Shown here: positions 47,114 to 47,252 of the stretch, piece by piece | Position numbering within the stretch: the first letter of the stretch is position 1 | Layout of the letters: every line of letters starts with the position of its first letter | DNA from: Myxococcota bacterium | Lineage (GTDB): Bacteria; Myxococcota_A; Polyangia; Nannocystales; Nannocystaceae | Reading direction: 5' to 3' | DNA: 47,252 nt | Assembly (NCBI GenBank): GCA_039028615.1 | Contig: JBCCHT010000063.1 | Location: 1 to 47,252, forward strand | Program-made: the position numbers and the translations under genes | The notes under the pieces: model-generated | Database searches by the model: none | What the model was told of the DNA's origin: nothing | What the model saw: the letters and a program-made list of their open reading frames with translations, nothing else

Positions 47114-47252
47114 TAGACCTGCCCCGATTTGGTGGACACCCAAGGAAAGAGGAAAATGGGTTCACCAGTGGCACGGAAGAGAAGAAAGCGGCGAAAATTC
47201 ACTGACGAGTATCGGGCAGAGGTCGTCCGGCTCGTCGAGACCTCCGACAAGA
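47114..47252 (+). mobile_element. IS3-family element: left inverted repeat and start of the OrfA transposase (truncated by the window)
   Basis: TAGACCTGCCCCGATTTGGTGGACAC IRL-like end; ORF from 47156 MGSPVARKRRKRRKFTDEYRAEVVRLVETSDK (HTH_Tnp_1 pattern). Confidence 0.85.

Overview
High-GC window that looks myxobacterial (Nannocystaceae-like; inferred from Cys-rich lipoproteins, ECF sigma/Ser-Thr kinase/TPR modules and an RRM protein). The standout is a compact minus-strand operon (5292-14309) that reads as a probably uncharacterised thioamide-type RiPP biosynthetic cluster. It encodes a B12-dependent radical SAM enzyme, a TfuA-YcaO fusion, a 63-aa double-glycine-leader precursor with a Cys/Ser-free 30-aa core followed by an mRNA stem-loop, a PhyH dioxygenase, a radical SAM-SPASM/Twitch enzyme, a degenerate carbamoyltransferase-like/JmjC fusion and a RimJ-like GNAT. 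The rest holds secreted lipoproteins (one with an aerolysin-type APT domain), two ECF sigma + kinase modules, a CBM32-PL7 alginate lyase and several decayed gene remnants. The right end has an Mrr-like restriction endonuclease beside a dead C5 DNA methyltransferase fragment and the left end of an IS3-family element. All calls come from motif recognition by eye; no searches were run.
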